From: the human T2T-CHM13v2.0 reference genome, Homo sapiens
DNA: 64,000 nucleotides
Strand: one strand, 5' to 3'
Assembly: GCF_009914755.1 (NCBI RefSeq)
Contig: NC_060926.1
Below are positions 48,850 through 62,946 of this stretch, one piece after another. The position numbers were made by a program, and so were the translations under genes. Position 1 is the first letter of the stretch. Each line of letters opens with the position of its first letter. The notes beneath the pieces were generated by a model. The model was not told the DNA's origin. It did not search any database and saw only the letters and a list, made by a program, of their open reading frames with translations.

Positions 48850-49639
48850 TGAGTGCTGCATATTTCTAAAAATATTTAACTTTTATCTTAAGTTGTTTCT
48901 ATATGTTTAAGTTTCTTCCAAATATAATATCTAATTTAAGCTTGCATATTCATTCAATATTTTAAGCACATTTTATTAACGATTATTTACTGAAAACATT
49001 TGATATACCAGACATGGTTATAAGTGCTTTTTACATATTTCGTTTAGTCTTCATACTTTAGTAAGGTAGGTACTAAAATCTCCGGTTTACAGAACAGGAA
49101 ACTAAGGCTCAGAGAACTTAATTAAGGTCATACAGAAGAGGCAGGAGACAAACATCTGTAGAAGATCACACACTACATCTAAAAAGTCAGAAATAGATGA
49201 GCCATTGTAACGAACAAAAACAAATAAAAGTAAACAGTAATCGCTCTGAGAGACCATCCTTCATGTCTTTTGTGTTCCTACATGTCTTGCTGGATATGCC
49301 AAAAATGTAAGGCCTTGACCACTCCTTACCCAGGTCATTTGTTAAGGCTGGATTTATAGGAAACAACCTTGAGAGATAAGGTAATGCCTTCTTCTGAAAT
49401 AAAGAGAAAGCTTTCTGTAAAAGCAGTGGATTCTCCAATGTCAGAATTCTTCTGTATTTTCAGCCTCCTGTAATTGTTCCTTGCATTTAATGAGTACTCA
49501 GGAAATGTCTGATGTGAGAAGTCAAGGACAAAGAGTAGGGTAGTAAAAGAATAGGTACCAGGAATGAATTACCCGACTATTATATCTGTGACCCTTGATT
49601 ATTCTAAAAAATAAAACAATATCAAACACATTTAATAGA

Positions 49640-49880
49640 AATAACAGCTAACATTTCTTAGTGTCTTCTATGTTCCCAGTAAGTTCTTAATGCTTTTTGT
49701 TGCTTTACCCCTTGCAACAGCACTTTGAGGTAGGTAATATTGTTGTCTTTGTTCTACAAATGATGAAACTGGGGCCTAGAGGCATTAAGTAGTAGTTTGC
49801 CCAATGTGTCATAGCTAGTAAGTGATGGAAGCAGGCTCTGAAAGCTGTCTCTCTGGCTCTGACACACGTACTCTCAAACA
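49640..49880 (-). mobile_element. MIR
   Basis: Core-like text: tacaaatgatgaaactggggcctagagg..ttaagt..tttgccca..tcatagctagtaagtg. Confidence 0.75.
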
Positions 49881-49974
49881 CCTCCTTAGGAAGTTACTGC
49901 TACCTTTTGGTAATAAATGGGAGCTTTTATAGGATCACTGGCTTCCAGTTTTCACCAAGAAATGTAGAATGAAA

Positions 49975-50505
49975 AATAATACCATTTGCCCTAGCAATCC
50001 CATTACTGGGTATATACCCAAAGAAACAGAAATTGTTCTACCATAAAAACACATGTACATGCGTGTTCATTGATATTCATGATAAAGACATGGATTCAAC
50101 CTAAATGCCCATCAACGGACTGGATAAAGAAAATGTGGTACACATATACCATGGAATACTATGCAGCCACAGAAGAATGAGATCATGTCCTCTCAGGGAC
50201 ATGAATGCAGCTGGAGGCCATTATCCTTAGCAAACTAATGCAGGAACAGAAAACCAAATACTGCATGTTCTTAGTTGTAAGTGGGAGCTAAATAATGAGA
50301 ACAAATGGACACAAAGAAGGAACAACAGACACTGGGGCCTACTTGAGGAGGAGAGTGGGAGGAGGGAGAAGATCAGAAAAAATAACTATTGGGTACTACA
50401 CTTAGTACCTGGGTGACGAAATAAGTTATATACCAAACCCCTGCGACATGAGCTTACCTGCACTTGTACCCCTGAACCTAAAATAAAAGTTAAGGGAAAA
50501 AAAAA
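49975..50505 (+). mobile_element. Older L1PA 3' fragment
   Basis: ccatttgccctagcaatcccattactgggtatatacccaaag ... cccctgaacctaaaataaaagtt plus A tail. Confidence 0.92.
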
Positions 50506-50914
50506 TATTTGCAAAGAAAAGGGCCTTGAATTTGCTTCTGATACATACGCGATATAACCTGAGGAAGATCCTCTCAGCAATAAGACTATACATGATGGGG
50601 CAAGTGTCAACTGCATACATTTGTCAGGACCAAATTTGTAGCTCATAATTTTTATGCAACTGTTTTTACCTTGGCGAGAATCAATGCTACAAATACTATT
50701 CCAAGTCTTAGTATATGGAACCAAACTCAAAACAGATGTCCAGCTAAATGCATTAAAGATCACAAGAAAGGAATTGACAAAGCTGAACACCATAGTTCTT
50801 CATTGCTAAGCATCTGAGGAGCGTCTGGTAGCTCCCCTGGGTCAGTCTTTCTATTATGATTTCTAGAACTTTATTTTTTCATTTTTTAAAAAATTCCAGG
50901 TGTTGAGAACTCAC

Positions 50915-51230
50915 CTTTTCTAGTAGTTTTCCCTGGGAACACTTGGGGATCTACAAACATCTGAAATTGGAGGATGCTAATGGGCAAGAATCAAGAGAAA
51001 GGTAATTCAGAGACGACAACGAAGTGGGAAAGAAATTACAGGGTCAAAGCGAAAGAAAACCAAGCTGCTTGGGTAGGAAGGTGCAATGCAAGCCAATTGT
51101 TTACTGTATCTTGTCCGCTCCCAGAGCTGCGCCCGAGCTCTCGCGTTAACTAGGCAACATCGTTGCCACGGTAACTGGGAGGCGCGGGAGGGCGACAGCT
51201 CCCTGGACTCCCGGTAACCCTTACGTGCCC
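50915..51230 (-). ncRNA. Candidate first exon of a divergent lncRNA (SPAG16-DT-like); 5' boundary uncertain
   Basis: Strong minus-strand donor AAG|GTGAGT at 50915/50914 just outside the CpG island, next to bidirectional-promoter motifs. Confidence 0.45.
51145..51175. promoter_or_regulatory. Tandem RFX X-boxes
   Basis: GTTAACTAGGCAAC (51145-51158) and GTTGCCACGGTAAC (51162-51175) both resemble the X-box GTTNCCATGGNAAC typical of ciliary gene promoters. Confidence 0.8.
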
Positions 51231-51365
51231 GGGGCTGGTCCGTGGGGCGGGGTGAGAGATGCCGGAATCTCGCGAGAGCTCCCGGGGGCCGTTGGGTAGC
51301 GTCTTCGCTGTTGCCCTTAGGGACGGCTGTGGGCCTGCTGGGGGTGGGGGCCCGAAGCGCCAGAG

Positions 51366-51501
51366 ATGGCTGCTCAGCGAGGGATGCCCAGCTCCGCCGT
51401 GAGGGTCCTGGAAGAGGCGTTGGGCATGGGTTTGACGGCAGCCGGGGACGCGAGGGACACGGCGGACGCGGTGGCGGCTGAGGGCGCCTACTACCTGGAA
51501 C
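51366..51501 (+). CDS. SPAG16: SPAG16 coding exon 1 (sperm-associated antigen 16, PF20-like central-apparatus protein), 136 coding nt
   Basis: ATG in GAGATGG context inside the CpG island. It translates to MAAQRGMPSSAVRVLEEALGMGLTAAGDARDTADAVAAEGAYYLE plus one C, recognised as the SPAG16 N-terminus. It ends at a GTATCCTT donor and joins exon 2 in frame (C|AG = Gln). Confidence 0.95.
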
Positions 51502-54500
51502 GTATCCTTCCCGTGGAGGCGCGGCCCGCTGCGCTGGCGGGTAATGGGTGTTGGGACGAAGGCGAGGGCCTCCCACTGGCGGCGCCTTTTGAGCCTTGGG
51601 GCCACTCCGGAGGAGCCTCTGTTGGACTTCAAGGTGCTGTTTTTGCCACCACAGTCTTCCTGAGAGCCACTCACTGAATTTCTCGCCCTTAGTAGCCCAG
51701 GGTGTCCTGTACCTGTTAGAAGAGTTGGGAGACCTTCCAAGGCCTCATACTTAGTAACCACTCAGTACATTTTGGATGGAGGGTTGCTTTTTATGTTAAG
51801 ACAGCACAACAAATTGCTTCAACCCTCCTTTCAAATAATGGGTTTCCTAAATAAGCCCTCAATCTTTCAGAAAGCCGTCCCAATAAATTCAACGGAGGAA
51901 CGTTAGGAGACTAGGGAAAGACCTCTGCCATTGGACTTTAAGGAGCTGAAGCTCAGAATACCCAACCCACGATCCTGTTCGATGGTCCAGTTAATGCTTA
52001 AATGCTTAGTTTTGATAGCATTATCTTCCTGAGTAGTTCCAAGTTTGACTACTTAATAATAAATACTAATAGTATAGTTGCTTTTTTTTCTTGAGCAAAT
52101 AAATAATGATCTGGTGAGCTACACAGCTCAGAGATATTAGGAATAAAGCAGATGGTGATTAGCGATTTTTATCGGAAGTACCAGAAAAATTGAATAACAA
52201 TGTGTGGATAATTAGGTCCACTATTTCTTGTGTAAGGCTTTAGAACTTCTTTCCTCTAGTTATATAGATTAATTCCTACTAGGGAGACGGGGAGGGTTCA
52301 TGAGAAAAAGACATGTAACTCCTTTATTCAGGGAGGTAAGAAAGAGATGATTATCTGTTCAGTTCTTAAAGATACCAAGGAAACTCCAAAATCTGCCAAA
52401 TCTTATTTGTTTGTCCAACTGTAATCCTCTCCAGGTTTAATTCAAGATTTCAGAAATCCAGCAATGATTCATTTCGTGAGCTTTGACAAGCCGATTAACC
52501 TGTCCTGACTCAGGCTCAGTACACATCCACACTACAGAGAGCTTTGAAGAATTTAGCTGAAAGATTAAAGAAAATATGTAGTATTTTATTGGGTGCAAAA
52601 ACGACTTTTACAGGAATAGAAATTTGAATCGCTTGAAATGAATTTGAAAGAAATATATGGGTGCTTTAGTGTCATAAATGAGGTTTTATACTGTTTTCGT
52701 AGATGTAACAGGCAGTCTTTTCCAGTGATATTCCTCTTTAACAACGATTTTCATAATTCTTCCTAAGCTTATCTATATCCAGTGCCCTTGCTACTGAATG
52801 GTAACCAGGCATCTTGTAATTTTGTTTGCATTAAAATTATTTCCGTGAACACATAGTTTAATTGTTAACATGAGATTGACACAATGAGGTAACTTTTTGC
52901 AAACATCTTTGTGAAATAAATGGTAGGAGTCTAACATAACACAACTTTCAGCAATGAAAATCAGGTTTACTTAATGTGCAGGGAGATCACTGAGTCACAC
53001 CTGCCAAGATGTAGCAGTTTGCAAACCTGTCTTACAAAGACTTTTTCAAATAATCACACTTATTTGAACTTTAACACATATAAGCAACTGTAACTTTTTA
53101 GGATTTTACTAACCGTTGTGTGAATTATCCAACCCATTTGCTTTTCTTCTTTCTTTGGTTGACTGACTGCTATTTTGTATTTTAACCAAATGGTAGTCAG
53201 GGGATACACAGTTAAACATTTAACCAGTTTATTTTGCTATATTCCATGCTGAGGGAAGAGGTTTAGTCATTTCAACTCTCAGTTGAAATGAAGTTTGAGG
53301 ATTACTTGTGAATACCAATTATTCCTGTATCCCTGGGCACTCTTCACATGGTTAATTAAGAGTTGCCTGTGTAATGTTGTTTGACATTGTTTCTTAAGGC
53401 AATTATGATAGTTGCCAAAGTGAGACTTCCTTTGGTTTAAAGTCTTTGCTTTCAGGTAATTTAATTGAGCTATCATGGTGGGTAAATAAAAGTTATAATA
53501 TGCACAGATGAATCAGAAATCTGATGTCCTCTGCTTCGCACATATACTCAATCACTTCTAATCTACTGCATTTGGCCTGGATTTCCCTTATTTATCACTC
53601 AACAGATGCTCCTAGTACATTAGACAATGAGCTATCAATATCGAGCAAGACTTTGAAAGAAGTTGACTTGAATTCTTTAGGAAATCTCCCACTTTTCTGC
53701 TTTTAAATACTCAATTATGAAGAGTATGAATAGACTAATGTCCAAACCAGAAACAGCCAGGATCCATCTTGTGGGGGACATTAATGAAGGTCCCATGTCC
53801 TTTATAATGGTTTACACACTGGGTTCAGGAAAAAGAGTTCTTACCCTGCAACACCCTTTCCCTGTAATCTCCTAGCTGTAACAGTGCCACCTATTTCTCT
53901 TCTAAGGAACCCAGAATATCATTGCTTTTATGTTTTAGACTTCAACAAGGTGAGATACAAATATACATTGTTCTTAGCTATTGTCAGAACACTAAGAAAT
54001 TGAGTTATGGAGTATATGAATCCTCTCTAGAACCCATCATTAGAAAAATACTTGCAGCATTATAAACTATAAGGTGAGATTTTAGCTATGTGATAGATAT
54101 GTAAAGGGTCAAGTAGGTATCTCCAGAACCTAGAAAGAAGGTTGATTGTCTTTTGTGAATGAATGAATCCCTTATTAGAAATCAACACAACTTGGGTGAG
54201 GTTTTCAACTGTAGTAGTGAGGAAGGGCTGCCTATTAATGTATGGCTGCAGACATTTGGGACTGCCTAGTTCCAATTGGAAGGCCAGCATGAATTTGTAC
54301 TAAGAAAGCTAAGGGTTAATTGACTTTGTTGTTCCTTGTCTAAAGAGACTTTGTTCAAGGAATAGTAAATGAATACATGGACCCTAGGAAAGTGGAGCTT
54401 CAAGGTATTGTTTTTGTTACATACCTCCCTCAATATGGACATCTGGCTCCTCTAGCTTTTGATTATTTCCTCTCTCTGGGCATTCTAATACTAAGGATTT

Positions 54501-54794
54501 GGCTTTTTAGATGGTAGGTGTAAGTTTACTGGCCAATGAAAAAGGCTCCCCAACCCCCAGCAGCAATTTCTGAGAGTTCAGTAAGTTTAAGCCAGTTCTG
54601 TGAAGCTAATCAGCTCTGAATGGAGTCCCAAAGTCAACTCTTTCTGAAACTCCAAAATTAAGGACTCTAGACCCTGAAATATGAGGATCACACTAGACTG
54701 ATGCCCTTATCTGAGATACTGAGGACTGTAATTGAAGTAGCAAGCCTGTAGATAAATATCTTAACTTCTACCATGCTACCTTTAAAAAAAATTA

Positions 54795-55098
54795 TTATTT
54801 TTTTAGAGATGAGGTATTGCTCTGCTACCCAGGCTTGAGTACAGTGGCATGATCATAGCTCACTGCAACTTCAAATTCCTGGGCTCGAGCAATCTTCCCA
54901 CCTCAGCTTCCTGAGTAGCGGGGACTGCAGATGTGCGGCACCATACCCAGCTAATTTTGTTTGTTTGTTTTTGTTTTTGGTAGAGACGGGGGTCTCACTC
55001 TGCTATTCAGATTGGTCTCGAACTCCTGTGCTCAAGGCATCCTACTGCCTTGGCCTCCCAAAGTGCTGGGATTACAGACATGAGCCACTGTACCAGGC
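54795..55098 (-). mobile_element. AluJ
   Basis: Antisense, with gatcatagctcactgca and ctgggctcgagcaatc diagnostics. Confidence 0.92.
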
Positions 55099-55154
55099 TG
55101 CTGTCTTCTTAAGTAACAGTTCTATCTAGTCTTTCATTGCCATAGTAATGTTGA

Positions 55155-55493
<339 letters not shown>

Positions 55494-55934
55494 TTTCCTT
55501 TTTTTAAATTTACTGTATGGTTTTTAACTTTTTTTTTTTTTAAAGCTAAACATTGTAGTTGAGTAAGTAAAACATTTAGAAAGGTGGATGCATAGATTTC
55601 TTTTTCTTTTTTAAAACTAACATTCTCTTAGATACATGTGTTAACCACTTTTTCTTCTGTTATAAAATGGTACTTCTCTGAAATGTTTGTAGTATTATAA
55701 TTGTTCTGAACCCTAAAGTGTATTTCTTATCACTGGAACTTAATTTGTGCATGGGTTCTTAGATATTAGAACATACATACCCCGTGTATATTCAAATGAA
55801 AAGGATACACAACCTGCATATAGACAGACTAAGAACTATGTTACTAAATCCAGAGTGTTGATATTTACTTGTGTAAAAGTCATAGGCTATTTGGAGAGAA
55901 AAAAAATGTGTTTTGCTCTGTGTCCTTTAGTCAG

Positions 55935-56084
55935 GCGTTAATGTGCATATGACTCACCTGGGGAGCTTTAAATAAATATTCTAATTCAATAAGTCTGGCA
56001 AGGGGGCTGAGATTCTGCATTGCTAAGAAGCTTCCTGGTGCTGCGGTTGCTGCTGGTCTAAGGACTGTAATTGAAGTAGCAAGG
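55935..56084. mobile_element. MER5-like relic
   Basis: gactcacctggggagctt..gagattctgcatt.ctaagaagcttcctggtg..gctgctggtc..gtagcaagg. Confidence 0.7.
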
Positions 56085-59000
56085 CTGTAGATAAATATCT
56101 TAATCTCTAGCCTTTATATTTTCAGATAGAAATATCACATGTAGAGTCCATATCTTTGGATCTCCTGGCTTAGAAGTTGGAAAGACTTATACCACCAGCT
56201 GCCATGAGCACTGAGTCTTACATGCTGAACAAAAGTTATTTTCCAGTTATGAAGGTAGAAGATATGCAACAGCTATGTAGGACAGGGGTGGCCAGTACAT
56301 TTCCACTCTTGCCAATTCTGTTGAATTGGTAGTGGCTCCCTGGTATAGGATATTAATAAGAATTCTGAGTCCTCATGAAGACTGTGTGGTAAAAACTGCA
56401 GGGAGCAATTGGCAAAAGGGAATGTGACCACAAGCATGCCAGCTACCTTCCATTTTTGTCTGTATTATTCAGTTAACTTATTTAAACTGGCCTTCCTAAG
56501 AAAGGGACCAAGACTATGATATTTGCTATTTACAGTATTTTTATTTCAACTTAATAAGTAAAATGTTGATCATGGAAGATCCAGGCTAGATTTTAGATTG
56601 AGTCTGTGTACGTTGGCTCTGCAGTGATGGCAAGGATTACAAAATGATTTCTGTCTATAGTAGCTTTGGGAAATCATGTAAAATATAATTAGCTATATGT
56701 TTCACTCCAGTTCTTCATAAAGATGCTGCTACTGCTGGCAGTAAACACTACCTACAAATGCAGCAGTGGAAGAGACCAGTGTGTAAGGTACTTTGCTGCT
56801 CACATCTGAAAATTATTCATTGGTTTCTGGCTCTGGTCCATTTGCAGAATGTTATTTGTCTCCCCCTCATACCAATTGGCACTTCAAGCTCTGCGCCATT
56901 AGGCCAACCAAAATGTCTCACCGAGGTTTCTGGCAGTTGTGTTCTCTGTAGTACTGTGATGGGCTTAGGGCTCCCTGGCAGTTTCAGTGTGGGTGTTACA
57001 TTTTCCCATTTTCTGAAAAGATCGAGAATATCAGGATCTGGTGCAGGCTCTGCTAGTGCAGAAACTATGAGATAGTTCACCCATGGTGACTAAATACCAG
57101 GAAACTAATTCATGCTATGAAACTCACGAGTGCTACTAAATTCCTTCCAGAGCAAATGCAGATTTGGGAGGAATGGGAGCCTCAGTCTGTGTCTAGGTTA
57201 TGACTAGGAATACAGAACCTGGCCTGGACTTGGATGGTACTGTGGGCTGTGGCTTCAGGGCAGGGAGAAAAGGGGAGCCATGGACACTACCCCAGGCAAG
57301 AACAATCTAGAAAACAAGGCACAGTATTAAGTGTCAAGTCAAGGCCAAGTGTGCAGATAGGTAAGAACCAGATATGAGGGGAACAGACAGGGCAGAAAAA
57401 AATTTTGGAACTGAAATTCACCAGTGTTCTTCGAAGGAATACTAGGCAGTTAGAGGGAAGGGAGTTTTGTGAGGGCTCAAAGGCAGCTTGACATTAAGAA
57501 ACTGGATTTAGGCCAGAATGCTAGCTTATTATTTCAGTGAAAGAATAACTTTGCATGAGAACTGTGATTAGCTTAATTGTATGGATGTTTCCTGGAGAGT
57601 AGGATCACCTAAGAGATTAAATTACAGATGAGAAAGTTGCTCCGTGAAAGTAGAACCAGAGTGTACAGAGTTTTATCATTCTTGACGAATTAACCTTTTC
57701 TACTCTGGCAAGATTGTTATCCAAAACAATGCTTTCCAAAGTTTTTCACATACAGTACTCCATCACATCCTACTTCACTCTGCCTTTTTTACCGTCCCAA
57801 GGGCCAAGGGGATTGATATCTCTACACTGCACTATTCTTTTTATGAGAACCCAAGAATGTCATTTCTCTCAGGCTTTGGAACCAGATATTCCTGGATATC
57901 TGTTGAGAAACTCATCTGTTTTCATTGGGTCGATACAGAGATGGTATCTGATTCCATGTCCCTTTTTACCCTGGTTACTGGGAAGCTTAGAGTCAAATCT
58001 GGGGGTTATTTTTGACCAATCTTATGAGACCTATGGTATCTGCTGCATCTTAATCATATTTCTATAATGCTATTTCCTTTTCTCCTCCAATTTCCACATT
58101 CATTAATTGTTACATTTTGTATAGTGTGTGTATTTGCAAACTGTAGCAGAATCACTTTAGGATCAGTTTGTGCACCTGTCCCTACTGCCAGCTAGCTAGC
58201 CAGGTAAACAGATGCGTACAAACATAAGTGTCAAAGTACATTTATGTCTTTAATAACATTGTGACATTTAAACTGAGTTGCCTTTGGGAAATTTTAAATA
58301 TAAATTATATTGTGGATACATAAAAATCAATCAAAGTATGTATCTTCCTAGTTTGATTGTTTTGTCCACTACCTGACGTATTGTCCCATCAGTCTCTTGC
58401 CCTTGGTTAGATTTCGTTTTGAGTCTGTAGCCTGTAGCTCTTTTCTACTTCTCTTTCCTCTGGGGGTCTTCAAATTGAGCTATTTATGTGATTTGATTTA
58501 CCTGTTATTAATATAACACTTGAAAGTTTTTGGAAAAAAATAGATGAGTTCATTACCTAGGATATTGGTAAAAAAGTTGTGTATTCCTATTGTGTCACTG
58601 TAGAAACAGTACTATGTAGCAGCAAATTTATGGCATTTGTATCTCAGGAATTTATCTTTGTCATTCACAGCTGTGTGATCTTGGGCAAATCTTTTAATCT
58701 CTGATTCAGTTTCTTCATTTTTAATTTAGAGATGGGTATATCTGTGCTGTTTGACCTCACTGGGTTGTGTGAGAATAAATATAGTTTTGGTCCATGTGAA
58801 AATACTTTTAAGCTTTATAAAATGGTAGTTATGTACTCTCTTAATCTTTTTTGATTGTGGGAAAGTAATACATTTAGGTGATAAAAAGCCATTGTCTAGA
58901 ATATTTGCTGGGTAGGAGTATGTAAGTGTTGATTGATATTTTCTATGCTTCGAGGACAAATCACTTTTTTTCTACTCTATATTGCCATGTGACATCTTCC

Positions 59001-59265
59001 TCATATAATCTTATCAGCGGTTGGCTTATTTACAACTTTAAAGTCTATCCAGAAGCTTTTAGAGTATTTACTTCTTTTTGAAATTATTATGATGTGAACA
59101 TGGTGAAGGATGGCATTGCTTTTCTGGAGACATACAAATGACCGCTTACAAAATTACTTTCTAGGAGCTGTCTCTCAGAAGGGGTCATGCTTTTTCATAG
59201 AAAAGAGGCTGACTTCCTCTAGCTGAACCTTCGGAAATTTTATCTCATTATATAAAACTATCAGA

Positions 59266-59635
<370 letters not shown>

Positions 59636-59817
59636 TTATTCATTTTAACATATGGGGGAACAGAGGCATGAGAAATTTAAAAGATTTTTTTTTCCATAGA
59701 TACTCATCTCTTTCCAGAGTGAGAAAAGAAATGACAACAAACACTTGTATATCATTTACTATAAGCCAGGCACTAATCTAAATGCTTTACATATATTGAC
59801 TCTTAACATTCTTATAG

Positions 59818-60657
59818 TATGGAAGGAAGCCAGTCTCTAAAATAAAATGACACCCTGATATGGTTTGGCTCTGTGTCCCCACCCTAATCTCACCTTGAAT
59901 TGTAATAATCCGTATGTGTCAAGGGCAGGACCTTGTAGAGGTAATTGGATCATAGGGCCAGTTTCCCCCATGCTGCTCTTGTGATAATGAGTGAGTATCG
60001 CAAGATCTCATGGTTTTGTAAGTGTCTGGCATTTCCACTGCTTGCACCCATTCTCTCTTTCATGGTGCCCTGTGAAGAAGTGCCTTCCGCCATGATTGTA
60101 AGTTTCCTGAGGTATCCTCAGCCATGCAGAACTATGAGTCAATTAAACCTCTTTTCCTTATAAATTACCCAGTCTTGGGTATTTCTTCATAGCAGCATGA
60201 GAATGAACTAATACGCATCCAGTGAGCCCCACCTCCTAATATTCATGCTCTTGTGTGATCCTCACACACTGAGTAGACGTGACCCATGTAACCAGTGGGA
60301 TATTGAAGAAATGATGTGTGACTTCTGATGTTTGGTTAGAAAAGCTATTGTGGCATCCACATTGTTTTCTTGGACTGCTTATTCTGGGGGTAGTTAGCCC
60401 ACCATATCTTGAGGATGCTCAAGCAGCCTGTGGAGAGACCCACATGGGGAGGAACTGAGGTCTTCTGGGAAACTAGTACATTGTCAGTGAGCTGCCATGG
60501 AAATGGATCCTGTTGCCTCATCTCAGCCTTCAGATGACTCTAATTCTCCTGTTATTTTGACTATGACATGAGAGACCCCCAAGTCAGATTCTACCAGATA
60601 AACCACTACTGAGCCCTTGACCCAGAGAAACTACAATATAATAAATGCTTATTGTTC
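59818..60657 (+). mobile_element. MLT1-like LTR (host of the THE1 LTR)
   Basis: aagcagcctgtggagagacccacatgggaggaactgagg..cagccttcagatgact..aataaatgcttattgtt. Confidence 0.75.
59856..60215 (+). mobile_element. Solo THE1 (C/D-like) LTR nested in an MLT1 LTR
   Basis: TGATATGGTTTGG...AACTAATACG with near-perfect TSD CACCC/CATCC. Confidence 0.88.
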
Positions 60658-61110
60658 CTTTTTCAGCGTTATTGAGTTGTAATTGACAACATTACATATA
60701 TTCTAGGTGTACAACATATTTTGATTTACATATACATTGTGAAATGATTACCACACCCAAGCTAATTAACCTATTTACCTCATATAGTTACCTTTTCACT
60801 TTTATATTACTTGTGGTGAGAATATTTAAGATCTACTCTCTTTACAAATTTCAAGTGACACTCCATTATTATTAGCCATAGTTACTGTGCTATACATTAG
60901 GTCTCCATAAATTCTTCATCTTATAACTGAATGTTTGTGCAACGTTGATGAACATCCCCCCATTTTCCCTACCCTCTATTCATTGGTAACTCCCCTTCTA
61001 ATGTCTGTTTCTGTAGAGTTGGAATTTTTTTTAGATTCCACATATAAGTGAGACTATGCAGTATTTGTCTTTCTGTATCTAACATTTCACTTAGCATGAC
61101 CTTCAGGTTC
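60658..61110 (-). mobile_element. Old L1M 3' fragment
   Basis: Same L1MA/MB 3'UTR text as 26212-26745. Confidence 0.8.
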
Positions 61111-61709
61111 AGTATCTGGAGTAGGGTGTTAAATAAGAAGTAACAGAGTAGCTTTGAAACTGGGGATTAGGGAGATGTTGGAAATACTTTGTTAGTGAAA
61201 GATAAAATACCTCGAACAGATTGCTAGTAGAAGCCTTATGATCTTTAAAGAGGCTGATGGCAAGGAATTAGAGAGTGAGGCAAATACTATTAGAATCTGT
61301 TCTACAGTAATAGATAATTAATAAAGGAGGTATTTTACTCCTTGTAGTATTTAATATGGATGAATTAAGGTTATGGAATAGACTGCAAGTATGCAACTAT
61401 TTTTTTGTTTAATCATTTAACTAGCTATTTTTGAGCCTAATTACTTTTCACTATGTTATTAGGAGAGGCACTTATTCATGTTTTACAATAAAATACTGAC
61501 CTTTTGACAGATACCTGGTATCTGAGGATTGGTCATAATGGAATGGGGCTTAAGTGTCCCTGCAAGGGATAGGGATAAGACATACAGGATGATTACTTGT
61601 GATGGAGCTTAGTAGCAGTAATAAATTTATAGGTTTAGATCTCTGTGGAAAATAATTGGCAAACACTTTATGTATTTATGTAGCACAGAAAACCCACACA
61701 GAACATGGA

Positions 61710-61920
61710 GAGGCAATATAATATGGTGAAACCTAAACATCTGGGCTCTTTTAGGTCCTAGCTGTGGAACCTTATGCCTCTGATTCTTGATTTGTAAAAT
61801 AGAGTTATAGTTCCAGCCTCATAGGCAGGATGAGGATGAAATTAGTTAATACATGGAAAACACTTAGAACAGTTCCTGTCTCCTATTAAATACTGTGTAA
61901 GTGTTATCTGTTCTTGTTAT
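61710..61920 (+). mobile_element. MIR
   Basis: ..ttgtaaaatagag..gcctcatagg..tgaggatgaaattagttaatacatggaaaacacttagaacagt. Confidence 0.7.
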
Positions 61921-62946
61921 AAGCAACAGAAGTTGTTATATACCCTTTCAGCTAATGCTTGGTAAACAATGCCAGAGACATTTTATAATCAGCAGCAAAA
62001 TGAAAACTAGGCTAATCTTATCTTTGATTTTCATAACCATTACCATGCATTAAAGTGTTTAATTCACACATTTTAAACTTGGCATAACCGAGTCAGTGTA
62101 ATCGAAAAAAATGTAAACCTAACAATAATAACAACAACAACAACAAGCATTGCTGGTGTGTGCTGTGATTTAACATAAAATATTGTCTTGAAGTTTTCAT
62201 ATGTAATTAGAGTAACTTATAGTTTTTGAAAGTCTTAAAGCAGTTCTCTTAGAATTATTTTATGTTAGAATCATTTCCATTGATATTTAATTTCTTCAGT
62301 ATTTATGAAATTTTGAATTATGATTGCTATATACTTTATATTCACTTAAAAATTAAGTTATCTTTCCTATAAAGATAATTTAAAAATGGAGATACATGGA
62401 AAAGTAAAATTTAAATTTTACTGATAAAAGCATTGATATGTGTTTTTTTCTTAAATATTGGCGTGCATTTGTTTTGTTCATTCACAATACTTTAAACCAA
62501 ATAAAGTCACATTTTATTCATGTACTGTGAATAGTTAACTCAGGAGCTCTGGAAAATTCATTGTGGTTTAAGATGAATTTGAAAAAGTTACTGTTTTTTC
62601 TTACCTGTTTCTAATTCACGCTACCTTATGATATTATGTATATTTTCACAAGCCTTCATAGAATCAAGTTTGAAATCATTAGATAGATAGTAAACAGTCA
62701 AAAGACAGATAGCAATGTAGGTTTTCATGGATTTGAGTTGTGAAAAATAATGAAGTATTTTATTTTTAAATATCTAGATTTATAGGCTATATGGGGAAGA
62801 CAAATTTTTTAAAGATTAAATTATATATATTTACCAACTTCCTGGTGAGATAGTTGAATCCAATACTATATTTGAAGGTCAAATCAATTTTTGTGCAATA
62901 ATTTTATTCTATATTTTTTGAGATTAAAACTTGACAAGATATTCAG

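Larger units (their letters stand above)
51090..51620. promoter_or_regulatory. CpG island / SPAG16 promoter, probably bidirectional
   Basis: The only CpG-dense non-Alu stretch in the window. It holds CCAAT 51093-51097, TGTTTAC 51098-51104, a GC box GGGGCGGGG 51244-51252 and the palindrome TCTCGCGAGA 51268-51277. Confidence 0.92.

Noticed and set aside
51007-51761. Long minus-strand ORFs (189 and 203 aa) and the 103-aa read-through of exon 1
   Set aside because: Expected from stop-codon scarcity in a GC-rich island. The Pro/Arg-rich peptides resemble no family, and the real CDS is spliced at 51501.
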